Virus record (IMG/VR): IMGVR_UViG_3300032236_002285
Coordinates: 412,237 to 476,236 of that record
DNA length: 64,000 bases
Direction: 5' to 3' (one strand)
The stretch's first letter is position 1. Each line of letters starts with the position of its first letter. The position numbers and the translations under genes were made by a program. The notes under the pieces were generated by a model, which was given only the letters and a program-made list of their open reading frames with translations, made no database searches and had not been told where the DNA came from. Shown here one piece after another: positions 1 to 10,762 of the stretch.

Positions 1-279
1 AAATTCTATTTCTTTTTGATTTATTATGTCTATATCCTCTGTCTCAAAAATAATTTCCCATTTTATTGAATCAAAGCCATATTTATTTATAGCATTTGTA
101 AGTTTTGTATTATAATATCGTGTACTATAAGAGTGTTTGATTTTTCTACTATCAAAGTCTTTACTTTTACCAATATAAACTTTACCATTTGGAAATTCTG
201 CTTTATATATAACAAACATAGATTATATATTAAACAAAGTGAACTCTTAGAACTATAATTAAAAAAACATAATAAATAG

Positions 280-1458
280 ATGCCAAAATTAATTTTAAAT
301 ACTATCGTTAAAGATGAATCACATTGTATTTTAACAATGTTAAAATCAGCTATACAAATATCAGATGCTATAGTTATAGCAGACACTGGTTCTACTGATG
401 GAACACAAGAAATAATTAGAAAATTTGGAGAGGAAAATAATATTCCAACATATGTCGTTGAAAGACCATTTGATGACTTTGAGAAAAGTAGAAATTTTGG
501 AATGGAGAAGGCAAGAGAAATTGTAAAAGAGTTAGGTTGGAATCCAAATGATTGTTGGACTTGGTGGTGTGATGCTGATGAAACTATTATAGTTGATTCA
601 AAGTTTGATAAAAAACAATTTGTTAATGACCTTTATATGATAAACACATACATAGGTCAAATGAAATATACAAGAAATACATTTGCTAGAGTTTCAAAAC
701 CTTTTAGGTTTTATGGTCCAATTCACGAGTTCATTGTTTGTGATGACCAAAACATCACATCTGGTTTAGCAACTGATATTCACGTTGATGTTAAGATGAT
801 TGGTGCTTCTTGGCAAGGTGATATCCCAACTAAATATAAGAACCACGCTTTTGTATTAGAAAAGTACATTGATGCTAATCGTCAAGATCCTCGTTGGATT
901 TTCTATACAGCTCAGTCATATCACGACTCTGCTTCTATTCCTGATAATAAAGAAGAAAATGAAGAAAGATTGCGTAGAGCAATGAAGTATTACAAAGAAC
1001 GTGTTAATAGACCGGATGGTTATGCTGAAGAGGTTTACTATTCACAGTTCCGTATTGGTACTATTATGCGTGCTATGGAAGAACCTTGGAACTTAACACA
1101 CCAAGAGTTATTGAAAGCTTATAATATGGATCCAATGAGAGGTGAATCTATTAAGATTATCATTGATTACTACTTACAAATGAATGAGTGGAATATGGCT
1201 TATTTATATTCTAAGTTTGCTAAATTAAACTTCCACGGTAAGAATCCTTATCCTAATAGATTATTATTTGTTGATGAAGCTCTTTATGTTTGGAAATTTG
1301 CTGAAGCTCACGCCGCTTCTTGTTTCTACACAGGTAGAATGGATGAGGCTAAAGCATCATTTACTGAGATAATGCAAATATCTAAAACAAGTCCTCAGTA
1401 CTTTACACCAGAAGATATGGCTAAGATCCAACAAAACGCACAATTCTTCTTAAAGTAA
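280..1458 (+). CDS. Glycosyltransferase family 2 with TPR-like helical C-terminus
   Basis: N-terminal LNTIVKDE..IVIADTGSTDGT and DADE motifs typical of GT-A/GT2; C-terminal helical repeats (WIFYTAQSY..A, YYSQFRIG, EAKASF). Confidence 0.85.
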   Translation: MPKLILNTIVKDESHCILTMLKSAIQISDAIVIADTGSTDGTQEIIRKFGEENNIPTYVVERPFDDFEKSRNFGMEKAREIVKELGWNPNDCWTWWCDADETIIVDSKFDKKQFVNDLYMINTYIGQMKYTRNTFARVSKPFRFYGPIHEFIVCDDQNITSGLATDIHVDVKMIGASWQGDIPTKYKNHAFVLEKYIDANRQDPRWIFYTAQSYHDSASIPDNKEENEERLRRAMKYYKERVNRPDGYAEEVYYSQFRIGTIMRAMEEPWNLTHQELLKAYNMDPMRGESIKIIIDYYLQMNEWNMAYLYSKFAKLNFHGKNPYPNRLLFVDEALYVWKFAEAHAASCFYTGRMDEAKASFTEIMQISKTSPQYFTPEDMAKIQQNAQFFLK

Positions 1459-1459
1459 A

Positions 1460-1939
1460 ATGGTAAAGATAATAGTAGCAATGTCTGAGAATAGAGTTAT
1501 TGGAAACAATAATGAATTGATATGGAAACTATCATCTGACCTCAAACGATTCAAAGAGTTAACTACAGGACATCCGGTTGTGATGGGTAGAAAGACCTAT
1601 GAATCAATTGGTAGACCTCTTCCTAATAGAAGAAACATAATCATAACAAGAAATTCAGAATATGAAGTTGAAGGTTGTGAGATTGTTTCTTCATTAGAAG
1701 AGGCTTTACTTTTAACAGGTAGCAACTGTTTTATTATAGGTGGTGGAGAAATCTATAAACAATCATTAGAAATAGCTGATAAGATATATCTAACAGTAGT
1801 TCATAAAGACTTTGAAGGTGATACATCATTTCCAGAATTGGATGAAACCTGGGCCAAGTTAGATGTCAAAGACTTCACATCTGATGAGAAGAATGAATAT
1901 GATTATTCATTTATTGAATACGAAAGATATCAGTTTTAA
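1460..1939 (+). CDS. folA: Dihydrofolate reductase
   Basis: IVAMSENRVIGNNNELIW, SDLKRFKELTTGHPVVMGRKTYESIGRPLPNRRNI, FIIGGGEIY, GDTSFP motifs. Confidence 0.97.
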   Translation: MVKIIVAMSENRVIGNNNELIWKLSSDLKRFKELTTGHPVVMGRKTYESIGRPLPNRRNIIITRNSEYEVEGCEIVSSLEEALLLTGSNCFIIGGGEIYKQSLEIADKIYLTVVHKDFEGDTSFPELDETWAKLDVKDFTSDEKNEYDYSFIEYERYQF

Positions 1940-1947
1940 AATAAGAA

Positions 1948-1969
1948 ACCCATTCATTTCTGAATGGGT
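1948..1969. terminator. Hairpin terminator between convergent genes
   Basis: acccattca-tttc-tgaatgggt inverted repeat. Confidence 0.6.
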
Positions 1970-2000
1970 CAGTCAAGGGATGCTATCCTAAGAGGGGTTC

Positions 2001-2531
2001 TTATTTACAAGATTTTATAATAGAAGAAATCTCAGCTTTAATTTTACCTAACTCTTCATATCCTAATTCTTTAGGGAATTTATTACCTACTTTCTTAACA
2101 CCAACATAGTCAGCTCTAAACATTACTTGACCAACGTGTTCATCACAACAATGAATCTCCAAGTCATCACCTACTTGTTTAGTTTTACAATCTTTATTTG
2201 ATTCAATAATATCTTTGATTTTCTTTCTGAAAGAATCTCTCTTATCAGCTTTAACTTCTTTATGTTTATCTTTAGTTCTTACTGACTTCTCAGCAACACC
2301 TTCACCTAACCAACTTGGTTTGCCCATACCATCTTGCCAACCACCTTTTGAGTCAGAGTCATCATATCTTTCATCATCTCTTGGATACATTCCATCTGGA
2401 TCTTCTTTCTGAGATCTTTTTATTCTTTTTTCTCTTTTCTCAGCATCCTCTTTAGCTTTGTGTGGAAAATTAGAGATAGCTGTTTTTTCTGCTGGAGATA
2501 ACTCCTCATTAAATCTCTTTAAGTATTTCAT
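2001..2531 (-). CDS. Hypothetical protein with CTS-like N-terminus (putative head internal protein)
   Basis: Starts MKYLKRFNEE; highly charged. Confidence 0.65.
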   Translation of the reverse strand: MKYLKRFNEELSPAEKTAISNFPHKAKEDAEKREKRIKRSQKEDPDGMYPRDDERYDDSDSKGGWQDGMGKPSWLGEGVAEKSVRTKDKHKEVKADKRDSFRKKIKDIIESNKDCKTKQVGDDLEIHCCDEHVGQVMFRADYVGVKKVGNKFPKELGYEELGKIKAEISSIIKSCK

Positions 2532-2582
2532 ATTTTAATATGTATTTTTATAATGTATATATAAAATTTTACTGCATAAAAA

Positions 2583-2600
2583 AACTCACCGAAGTGAGTT
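2583..2600. terminator. Hairpin terminator
   Basis: aactcac-cgaa-gtgagtt flanked by A/T tracts. Confidence 0.6.
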
Positions 2601-2607
2601 TCTTAAA

Positions 2608-3258
2608 TTATTTACTTAAAAGTTTTATTAAGTCTTCTGTGATTTTAGTAATCATCTTTTTACCTTCAACTTCTAATAAAGGAATGTTTTTAACCATTGA
2701 GTATTTATCATTACCATCAACAACTATTTTAGAAATAGCTTCAATGAACTTTTTATCTTTACCATATTTCTTAGTATAGTATCCTTTTAACTCGTTAACG
2801 AATTTAGATAAATCAACACCTTCTTTGTAGTTATATTTAACCATTTGAAGTTCGTTGTCTTGCTTCTCAACCATAATATACCAAATAGACTTCTTAGAAA
2901 CTTTAACATTCTCAAGGAAGTTATAAGCTTTAGATGCTTTAGTATTCTTAGGGAACTTAGCAACCTTACCAGTGAAGTTTACATTTTCATGTGTTTTATC
3001 ACCTTTCATTTCAATATCATTTTCAAATTCATCTTCGTCAGAAGGTAAATCTACCGTTTGATCTTGAGGAATCAAGTTTTTTCTTGAAGCTGGTTTTTCG
3101 ATTTTTTTAGAATCTTTAGGCACATTAGGATTTGCTGGCAAATCTGAATCAGTAGCCGGTTGAGCGTCTAACGAAGGATTAACCTCTTCAATCTTAGATT
3201 TGCTCTTGATATCTGAGAATTTCTTAAATCCAACAATCTTTTTGTTTTCTTCTGCCAT
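2608..3258 (-). CDS. Hypothetical protein (probable virion/head-associated)
   Basis: 216-aa ORF, upstream TAATATATA at 3283-3291. Confidence 0.65.
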   Translation of the reverse strand: MAEENKKIVGFKKFSDIKSKSKIEEVNPSLDAQPATDSDLPANPNVPKDSKKIEKPASRKNLIPQDQTVDLPSDEDEFENDIEMKGDKTHENVNFTGKVAKFPKNTKASKAYNFLENVKVSKKSIWYIMVEKQDNELQMVKYNYKEGVDLSKFVNELKGYYTKKYGKDKKFIEAISKIVVDGNDKYSMVKNIPLLEVEGKKMITKITEDLIKLLSK

Positions 3259-3323
3259 TTGATTTTATTACGTTTTGTCTATTATATATTAAATAAATTA
3301 TTTAGTTTTCTTGATTTTTAAAA

Positions 3324-3575
3324 TTATCTTTGTCTATAGTGATATTTGTCTACCATATAGTTCTTCCAGTTCTTCATAATGTTCATTTGGTCAAACAAAA
3401 TAGCTACCAATGGTTGCATTTTATTTAGCCAATTATTCATTAAGTCATTTTGAAAAATGTAAGGTGACAAAGACTTATCAAGTATAACCTCATCATATTT
3501 CACAAAATTAGTATCATCATCATGAAGATGTTTCATATGATATAATTCTGGTAACTGATTCTTTTCGTATAACAT
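3324..3575 (-). CDS. Hypothetical protein next to baseplate wedge gene
   Basis: 83-aa ORF, upstream TAATATATA at 3580-3588. Confidence 0.6.
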   Translation of the reverse strand: MLYEKNQLPELYHMKHLHDDDTNFVKYDEVILDKSLSPYIFQNDLMNNWLNKMQPLVAILFDQMNIMKNWKNYMVDKYHYRQR

Positions 3576-3588
3576 ATCTTATATATTA

Positions 3589-5319
3589 TTAAACAGCGGG
3601 TCTGTTTTTAGCATCTATAGTTCCTTTCTTAATAATATTAACAGATTTCAAACCATTGCCATCTATATCATCAGAATAATAAACACCATTTCTATCAAAC
3701 CAACCACCTCTAATAATAGGAATTTCATTTGGTTCGAATATGATATCACCTAAAATAGGATCAAGACCTTTAACATCACTATATGAATAATCAGGATTCA
3801 TGTTAGAAATTGATATATCAGTTTGGTAACTTGAGTTATACATATTTAATTTATTTTGAGCATCGGTCATTGCTTGTGTATGATAATCCTCATTCTTTTT
3901 AGATATAATTTGAATATCAACTGAGTGAATATCTTGTATGCTTGAAAGAGCTCTAATTAAATCTAATTTAGGTATTCTATCAATTCTGGTTAAATTCAAA
4001 AAGTAATCAGAAATAGCTTGTAATATTTGAGAATTAACAGAATCATCTAAAGCATCTGAATAAGACATCACATAGACATTCATCACATAATATGATAAGT
4101 CAGGTGATTTAATTCTATACTTCTTAGTTAATTGTAAGTTACCACCCGCCTTCAAATAAGTATCTATCTTTGATATCTCATAAGCATCTAAACTAAAAGC
4201 CGCAATATCAATCGTAAAATAATCAGAATCTGGACTTTTGAACAATTTAATATTTGGTGTTGCCACTATGAAAATTGTTCCTGTTTGCTCATAAGCATTA
4301 ACATGTGAGAAAACACCTAATTTTTTAATCTCATAAGCATATTGTTGAGGCAAACCTAATACGAAGTTATTAGAAGCAATAGGAAGAATGTTTTTAGTAA
4401 ACATCAAATCCTCTTTATCAGCGCCAAAATTAATATCAGTGTAAATATCAACATCAAATACTTTTGTTATATCTAGTGTGTCACCATTACCATCAAATAC
4501 ATCTTCTACAAACTTCCAATCATTTCTAGTTCTTCTGAAGATATTACCATTAGAACCATTAGTTTTTAAGTAGTTAATTTGTATTACAGAACCTATTGGA
4601 GGAATAGCACCGAATCCACTATTACCAAATACAACATCAATACCACCGTTGAATCCAGTTCTAACAACACAAGCGTTTTCATCTGGAATCATCTCCCAAA
4701 TGTGTTTTTTTATTGACCAATAAACACCATTAACTAAAACTTCAACATTAAAATTTTCGACATCTTGATTAGCTGACTCTGAAAAGTTAAAAGTTTGTAA
4801 AGAAGTTCCATCACCTGTTCTAGTATTTTGAACCCACTCACCTTGAATTATTGGTAAGAAAAATTGATAGTTAGGAGTTATTTTATGACTAACTCTTTCA
4901 GTACCTATATTAAGAATATAACTTAAACTATTAGTTATGTTTTTAATTCTGGTTCTATTTATAATAACAACTCTACCACCTGGTATATCAGTTCCTAAAT
5001 CTACATTACTTTTCAATGTCAGCCTTAATGTACCAGTAGCACTAATAGCTCTACCTGGATTATGACCAGCAAAAATAGCAGCATTTCTAATAATTCTTTC
5101 ATTTATTGAGTTATTATCACCAAGATCAAACTGATTAATAGCATTCTTCAAATATAAGAATGACAACTGATGTAGATTTTCTAAAACAGATAAAATCTGA
5201 CCATAAGGTGATGCAGGACTATAAAGGATGTTGCCTTTATTATGCTCGTTTCTAAGGAAAGTTTCTATATCAGCTTTGATATTTGAGTATGTAATCTGTA
5301 TGAAATTATTTAATGCCAT
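3589..5319 (-). CDS. Baseplate wedge subunit, T4 gp6-like / baseplate J-like
   Basis: N-terminal YSNIKADIETFL..SPYGQILSVL..RNAAIFAGHNPGRAISATGTLRLT, central GGIDVVFGNSGFGAIP and YLKTNGSNGN motifs typical of gp6-like wedges. Confidence 0.85.
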   Translation of the reverse strand: MALNNFIQITYSNIKADIETFLRNEHNKGNILYSPASPYGQILSVLENLHQLSFLYLKNAINQFDLGDNNSINERIIRNAAIFAGHNPGRAISATGTLRLTLKSNVDLGTDIPGGRVVIINRTRIKNITNSLSYILNIGTERVSHKITPNYQFFLPIIQGEWVQNTRTGDGTSLQTFNFSESANQDVENFNVEVLVNGVYWSIKKHIWEMIPDENACVVRTGFNGGIDVVFGNSGFGAIPPIGSVIQINYLKTNGSNGNIFRRTRNDWKFVEDVFDGNGDTLDITKVFDVDIYTDINFGADKEDLMFTKNILPIASNNFVLGLPQQYAYEIKKLGVFSHVNAYEQTGTIFIVATPNIKLFKSPDSDYFTIDIAAFSLDAYEISKIDTYLKAGGNLQLTKKYRIKSPDLSYYVMNVYVMSYSDALDDSVNSQILQAISDYFLNLTRIDRIPKLDLIRALSSIQDIHSVDIQIISKKNEDYHTQAMTDAQNKLNMYNSSYQTDISISNMNPDYSYSDVKGLDPILGDIIFEPNEIPIIRGGWFDRNGVYYSDDIDGNGLKSVNIIKKGTIDAKNRPAV

Positions 5320-5330
5320 AAAGCTATTTA

Positions 5331-5663
5331 TTATTTATTTACTTCTTTTAAGTAATCTTCAGAAAACCTATTTTTTTCAAAGATTTCTTTAATATCAGAT
5401 GTGATATCATCAACACTTGAAAATCTTTCAACAAAATCTGAACTTTCATTAAGTGGATTTTCTGAATATCTCCAAGGGAAACTATAATTCTCTAAATCTT
5501 TCTTAGTCATAATCATTTTGACCTCTTTACCTTCATTGATAACAGAAACCTCAATGTAACTACCATATTTTAAGTTTGATTTTTCTTCTATTTTAATCTC
5601 TGCGTTATAAAACTGCGAAAGAAGATCGCTATGAATCTTATTAATATTATATTTCAAGTCCAT
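5331..5663 (-). CDS. Hypothetical protein
   Basis: 110-aa ORF, upstream TAATATATA at 5684-5692. Confidence 0.6.
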   Translation of the reverse strand: MDLKYNINKIHSDLLSQFYNAEIKIEEKSNLKYGSYIEVSVINEGKEVKMIMTKKDLENYSFPWRYSENPLNESSDFVERFSSVDDITSDIKEIFEKNRFSEDYLKEVNK

Positions 5664-5771
5664 TTTTATTAATTTATTTTATTTATATATTAAATTGGAG
5701 CCACCACTTACTTATTTTTTAATAAAAGAGTTTCAATAATAAATATATACTCCTATAAAATATAATTAAAG

Positions 5772-6491
5772 ATGGATATAAAAGATATAGCAGACCTTTT
5801 AGGTAAATACGGTTTTAAAGGAACCTTATTTGCTGTTTTTGTTTTTTTACTGGTTACTATGTTGAAAAGCAACTGGTTTAGTGGTGTAATGAGTAAGTTG
5901 TCTGATAAGTTTGTTGAAAAGTTTATGAGAAGCAAGGTTAAAGAAGTTAACTCTCATGTTAAATCAATTACTGACTCTGATATAACAAATCATGATATAT
6001 TCAACTATATTGACTTCTGGACTTATTCTAAGGTTCCTACTATTCAATTCTCAACTGAGTATAGAACCGTAGTATTTAGAAAATATTTAACAATATATCT
6101 TAAATCATACAAAAAGAAAATATCAGATTTTGTAAATAGCAAAGAATATCAAGCTATGGATGATGCTAAGGTTTGGAAAGCGTTACTTGATTTAATTAAT
6201 CAAATTGTCTTTGATTACGAAAGAGAGATGATAGATGCTGGTTTACCTAAGATTGTTGTTGATAAAATGAAGGCTAAAAACAATGATACAATTACTTTAA
6301 CAATAGATTTAATTGAGGGTATTTGTAACTCACAATTTTATGATTCGGATAAAAACTTCTTAAAAGTTTATTCTATTCTAAATATTTTATTATCAGTTTT
6401 AGAAAATACAATTTCTAATTCCGAAAATGTTTGTAATTCTATTAACGGTCAGTTAAAAGGATTAAAATTTGATGGAAAAATTGAACCGTAA
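5772..6491 (+). CDS. Membrane-anchored hypothetical protein (possibly holin-like)
   Basis: One N-terminal hydrophobic segment (TLFAVFVFLLVTML) plus a soluble domain; holin role is only a guess. Confidence 0.55.
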   Translation: MDIKDIADLLGKYGFKGTLFAVFVFLLVTMLKSNWFSGVMSKLSDKFVEKFMRSKVKEVNSHVKSITDSDITNHDIFNYIDFWTYSKVPTIQFSTEYRTVVFRKYLTIYLKSYKKKISDFVNSKEYQAMDDAKVWKALLDLINQIVFDYEREMIDAGLPKIVVDKMKAKNNDTITLTIDLIEGICNSQFYDSDKNFLKVYSILNILLSVLENTISNSENVCNSINGQLKGLKFDGKIEP

Positions 6492-6495
6492 TGAA

Positions 6496-6933
6496 ATGAA
6501 ACACTTAAAATCATATAAGATCTACGAAAGTGATAATGTTTGTACTACTTGTAACGGAACTGGTGAAGTAGATAGAGAGATTAATATGTGGGGTGATATG
6601 GGTAGATATGAGTGTGAGGATTGTAATGGAACTGGTAAACTAAGCACTCAATCATTTACAAAAGATTTAAGATCATTCACAGATGAATCTCAATCAGAAT
6701 TGAAATCATTACTGGATAAGTATGAAATAAAATACGGCGCTGTTTTACCTAAAGTTGAAAGATATTCTGATAATCATGAAGATGTTGAGAAGGTAGAAAT
6801 AGAAGCTCAGTTATACTCAACTTCTACATTAACTAAAGAATTACTTGAAGAAATAAATGAAAAATATGTTGATTATAATATTCATTTTGATACTTACAAT
6901 CACTTATATCTAATGGTTTATAAACTTTACTAA
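6496..6933 (+). CDS. CTS-like leader + DnaJ-type CxxCxGxG zinc finger protein
   Basis: Likely start at ATG 6496 (MKHLKSYKIYES); CTTCNGTG and CEDCNGTG repeats. Confidence 0.7.
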   Translation: MKHLKSYKIYESDNVCTTCNGTGEVDREINMWGDMGRYECEDCNGTGKLSTQSFTKDLRSFTDESQSELKSLLDKYEIKYGAVLPKVERYSDNHEDVEKVEIEAQLYSTSTLTKELLEEINEKYVDYNIHFDTYNHLYLMVYKLY

Positions 6934-7475
6934 TCCATAAAATCATAAATATCATCTGGTAAAAATTCTGGATCAGTTATTTTTAAATCATAGTCTCTAA
7001 AGTCTCCGAAGTCAATATCATCAGCATCTAGTCTTCTTGTAATTGAGTCATTTTTATCTTGTCGTCCTAATAGTCTTGACTCTCTAACCTCTCTATCAAT
7101 ATCAAGATAAACAACAAAGCAACCTTCTCTCATCTCAGGTGTTAAGTTAGTAAACTCACCAGGTGTCATAATAAATACTTGTGACTCATTGAATTCTTGT
7201 AAGGTTATACCATAGTACCATGTTTCTGGTTCTCTACCATCAGGTGTAACATAAAATGTTTGGTAAGCTAAAAATTTATTTTCATTTATAGATTGTGTAA
7301 ACTCATAATCAGATACAAAATTGTAAGTAATACCTTGTTCTTCATTTAGTCTTTGAGGTCTTGTTGTCCATTTAAGACAAGCTTTTAATCCTTTTTCAAC
7401 AAGCTTTCTCATTAAGAAGTCCTTACCTGAACCAGATTTACCTAAAATAATTAGTTTCTCATTTTTAACATTCAT
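6930..7475 (-). CDS. gmk: Guanylate kinase-like protein
   Basis: P-loop GKSGSGKD, TTRPQR..E..G..YNFVS motif, YGIT. Confidence 0.88.
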   Translation of the reverse strand: MNVKNEKLIILGKSGSGKDFLMRKLVEKGLKACLKWTTRPQRLNEEQGITYNFVSDYEFTQSINENKFLAYQTFYVTPDGREPETWYYGITLQEFNESQVFIMTPGEFTNLTPEMREGCFVVYLDIDREVRESRLLGRQDKNDSITRRLDADDIDFGDFRDYDLKITDPEFLPDDIYDFMD

Positions 7476-7568
7476 TATATTGTTAATAAATTTATTAATT
7501 ATAATTTGTAAATATGAAAAAGTTTAAGTATTGAATTTTTAATATATACTAAAAACAAATAATAATAT

Positions 7569-8612
7569 ATGTCAGTTGGTACAAAATATGCTACAGCCTT
7601 TACGAATGGTGTTACAATTCCAGGTTTTACTAATATTGGTAAAGTTGCCATAGATACAAACCCAGGTGTCGGAGATTATACACTCGGTAACTTTGTTGGT
7701 GGTATAAATGGCTCATATGACTACACTTCATATATTATTATATCTGATACAACTACAGCTCTTATTGATAATAGAAGCACTGGTAATCACACGGGTTCGG
7801 CTTTACCTAATCAACCAACATTTTTTGCTTCTAAATTTAAAACTGATGAAAGTTTTTTAAGAATGGTTAATAGACTACCAGCAAGATCAGGTCAAACTGC
7901 TTTTACTGATCCTTTATTAGCTTCTTCCTGGCTTAGGTCAAATGGTTATTGGACTACTTATGTAACACCGGTACTATCATTAGATGCTGGTAACCCAGCA
8001 AGTTACCCAGGAACCGGAAATACATGGACTGATACTATTGGTGGTAAAACATTCAATTTATATAATGGCGTTGGTTACGATCCAAACAATGGTGGTAAGT
8101 TTTATTTTTATGCACCAGCGGGTCAATATGCTGAGTGTAATACAAGTTTACCTGATTTAAATACTTGGTCAGTTGGTGTTTGGCACTATTATACTGGTCA
8201 AAATATTGGTTCTGGTATGTGTATTGTAACTGAAGTTTACCCAGGAGTAAATAATAATATAAACTACTCTTTAGGAGATAACGATACTGGCGGTGATATA
8301 AGTGCAGGATTTTTTGATGGCGCTTGGAGAGTAAGTAATCCTTATAGTTTAACACCTAATAATTGGTATTATATCGTTGGTACCTATGATGGTAGTACAA
8401 TTAGTCTTTATGTTAATGGTAGTCTAGTACAATCAAATAATTATAATGGTTACCCAATATCATCCCAGGGTGGTATAAGATTAATGAGAAGATGGGATAA
8501 TCCTGATTATTGGGATGGTTATTTATCTACGGTTGATATTTATGATCAAGCATTAGATTCATCAAAGATATCATCTATCTTTAATTCAACTAAATCAAGA
8601 TTTGGTTTGTAA
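7569..8612 (+). CDS. LamG/concanavalin-A jelly-roll domain protein (virion/tail-associated)
   Basis: LSLDAGNPASYPGTGNTWTD, NNWYYIVGTYDG..ISLYVNG, IYDQAL motifs. Confidence 0.85.
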   Translation: MSVGTKYATAFTNGVTIPGFTNIGKVAIDTNPGVGDYTLGNFVGGINGSYDYTSYIIISDTTTALIDNRSTGNHTGSALPNQPTFFASKFKTDESFLRMVNRLPARSGQTAFTDPLLASSWLRSNGYWTTYVTPVLSLDAGNPASYPGTGNTWTDTIGGKTFNLYNGVGYDPNNGGKFYFYAPAGQYAECNTSLPDLNTWSVGVWHYYTGQNIGSGMCIVTEVYPGVNNNINYSLGDNDTGGDISAGFFDGAWRVSNPYSLTPNNWYYIVGTYDGSTISLYVNGSLVQSNNYNGYPISSQGGIRLMRRWDNPDYWDGYLSTVDIYDQALDSSKISSIFNSTKSRFGL

Positions 8613-8614
8613 TA

Positions 8615-8860
8615 TTATCTAATTGGTTTGTAATTAGGAATAGCACCTTTGTAATTAGTGTTACCTTTTCTGATTTCTTCATGTTCAGCTTCTACTGCTG
8701 CTTGATATTCAGGATCATTCTTTTCATCCTGTTTACAATTCATACAAATAACATCTTCATTAAACATAGACATTGTAGTAACACCATTAGTTGGCTCACC
8801 ACATCTATCACAGATAGATTTATTCATTTCAAATGATTCGTATGTTTTTAAGTGTTTCAT
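8615..8860 (-). CDS. CTS-like leader + small zinc-finger protein
   Basis: MKHLKTYESFE; CDRC...CMNC. Confidence 0.7.
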   Translation of the reverse strand: MKHLKTYESFEMNKSICDRCGEPTNGVTTMSMFNEDVICMNCKQDEKNDPEYQAAVEAEHEEIRKGNTNYKGAIPNYKPIR

Positions 8861-9372
8861 TATTTCTTAATAGTATTGATATCATTCTTTTGAAAGTCAT
8901 CAAAACTCATAACTTTCTTTTCACCATTTTTAGATTGACCTGATGTGAAATCTTGTTTTTTAGCAAAAACACTTTTAAGAGCTTTTAAGTCTAATTTTTT
9001 AGTTCTTGATTTCTTACCGGTTCTTGGTCCGTGGTCATTACCCATTGGTGCTGGTATTTTCTGAAATACTCTATTAGCACCACTTGGATTATAAGGAACA
9101 TCAACATCACCTGAACCTGTTGTACCACCGTGAGATGCCCAACTTGTACCAATTGTAGCACCTGCTAAACCTGAAGGTTGAGCATTAACAACAGCACCCA
9201 TACCACCAACAGCTGGACCACCAGTAGCAGAAGTACCACCACCATCTTCAAGAAGACTTTCTCTGTTTGATATTTTCTCACAAAGTTTCAAATACCCTTC
9301 TTCAGAAGAAAGATTTTCTTTTTCCATTGTTTCTTTTAAAAGATGTAATTGGTATAATGATAATTGATTCAT
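8860..9372 (-). CDS. Gly-rich hypothetical protein
   Basis: LLEDGGG..GGPAVGGMG segment; upstream TAATATATA at 9378-9386. Confidence 0.65.
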   Translation of the reverse strand: MNQLSLYQLHLLKETMEKENLSSEEGYLKLCEKISNRESLLEDGGGTSATGGPAVGGMGAVVNAQPSGLAGATIGTSWASHGGTTGSGDVDVPYNPSGANRVFQKIPAPMGNDHGPRTGKKSRTKKLDLKALKSVFAKKQDFTSGQSKNGEKKVMSFDDFQKNDINTIKK

Positions 9373-9453
9373 AAACTTATATATTAAATATTAAACTCAC
9401 TATTTTGTTTTCAACAAAAGCAGTGACTAATTATATATAAACTACCTATTTGT

Positions 9454-10086
9454 ATGAGCAAGATAAAACAACTTGAGATTAAAAAACTATTGAAAGAGTT
9501 AGATTTTATTGAATCTGATTATAACTATAAAAGTGAAATAATAAATGAGGCTGATAGTAATTTCATTAAAACGGTTAATGATCTACTTGAAGAGCATCCA
9601 TTATTAAAAGAGGTATTTGACAAAAAAATTAATAGTAAGCTAGATCAAATATTTGAAAAAAAATCAGAACAGATAAAAGAAAAGATTGAAGTTGATATCG
9701 AAAAAGAAAATCAAGAGGAAGTATTTGAAGATGTTATAATTGAAAAGTTTGTAGATGATAAGGTTAAAAAACTTTATAGAGAAATAGCTAAACTAACACA
9801 TCCAGATAGAGTCAGTAATAAAAAACTAAACGACCTGTATATTAAAGCAACCGATTGCTATCATAACAATGATAGACCCGGAACTTATACTATTTGTGAT
9901 GAGTTAGATATAGACTATGAACCAGATGATTCAGATAATCAAATGATAAGTAGTAAGATTTCTAGCATTAAAGGTAAGATTAATTTCATAGAATCAACTA
10001 TGACTTGGAATTGGTACCACTCAAATGATGAAAAAGAAAAAGAACAAATGGTGTTAAGATATATTAAAAATAGATTAGATAATTGA
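9454..10086 (+). CDS. J-domain (HPD) co-chaperone-like protein
   Basis: VKKLYREIAKLTHPDR..LNDLYIKATDCY matches J-domain helices II-III. Confidence 0.75.
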   Translation: MSKIKQLEIKKLLKELDFIESDYNYKSEIINEADSNFIKTVNDLLEEHPLLKEVFDKKINSKLDQIFEKKSEQIKEKIEVDIEKENQEEVFEDVIIEKFVDDKVKKLYREIAKLTHPDRVSNKKLNDLYIKATDCYHNNDRPGTYTICDELDIDYEPDDSDNQMISSKISSIKGKINFIESTMTWNWYHSNDEKEKEQMVLRYIKNRLDN

Positions 10087-10707
10087 TATTTTAACTTTTC
10101 TTTCGTTTAATAATGATTGTAACTCATCTTTTCTGAAAAATCTCTTATAAATATCGTTTTCCTTATCAAGGTTTTGAAGTTCCCAAGTATTACCATCAGC
10201 TGTTGTGTAGATATAATTCTCGTCACCATCTGCAACTTCAATAGTTTTAGATGAAAGTTTATCATAAAACTTTTTAACATCACCATTAATTTGAAATAGT
10301 TTAACATCTTCCCAGTCTTTATTAGTTTCATTCCATGTTTGAAAAGCAATATAAACAGGGTTTTCTAGTTCATTGGAATTAATATCATAAATAAACATCC
10401 ATTTACAAGGTTTATTGACAAATGTTTGATAATCTTCTGTATTTTGAACTGGTGACTTTTTCAAACCTAAAGAAGATAGAGAATTAATAAATTCTATGTT
10501 ATCTGATAAAAAGTCTAAAGTAAGTCTACCTTGATAAAAATCTTTAGGTAATTTTAAAGTATCAAAAATATCTTTTTCTTCAGCTGAAATAGCCGAAAGA
10601 AGCACATCATGCCATATATTCATCGATTCTAGTATATCAACTGACATAGTAACCAAGTCGATAACTAAAGATTCTTTGAATTGTTTGTATGTTTTTATTG
10701 TCTTCAT
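10075..10707 (-). CDS. Hypothetical protein with CTS-like N-terminus
   Basis: MKTIKTYKQFKES. Confidence 0.7.
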   Translation of the reverse strand: MKTIKTYKQFKESLVIDLVTMSVDILESMNIWHDVLLSAISAEEKDIFDTLKLPKDFYQGRLTLDFLSDNIEFINSLSSLGLKKSPVQNTEDYQTFVNKPCKWMFIYDINSNELENPVYIAFQTWNETNKDWEDVKLFQINGDVKKFYDKLSSKTIEVADGDENYIYTTADGNTWELQNLDKENDIYKRFFRKDELQSLLNERKVKISII

Positions 10708-10724
10708 AAAAAAAGAATTAATAC

Positions 10725-10744
10725 TTTTAATATATATATTAAAA
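10725..10744. promoter_or_regulatory. Perfect 20-bp palindrome, putative bidirectional phage late promoter
   Basis: ttttaatatatatattaaaa between divergent CTS-type genes; contains TAATATATA on both strands. Confidence 0.55.
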
Positions 10745-10762
10745 TACTACATCACAAATCGA

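Noticed and set aside
1940-2000. Possible three-way-junction RNA between folA and the next gene
   Set aside because: The main stem matches the ordinary terminator family (cf. 41481-41505); the extra pairing is short and plausibly chance
5772-6491. Firm holin call
   Set aside because: A single TM plus soluble domain is compatible, but no sequence motif or adjacent endolysin supports it
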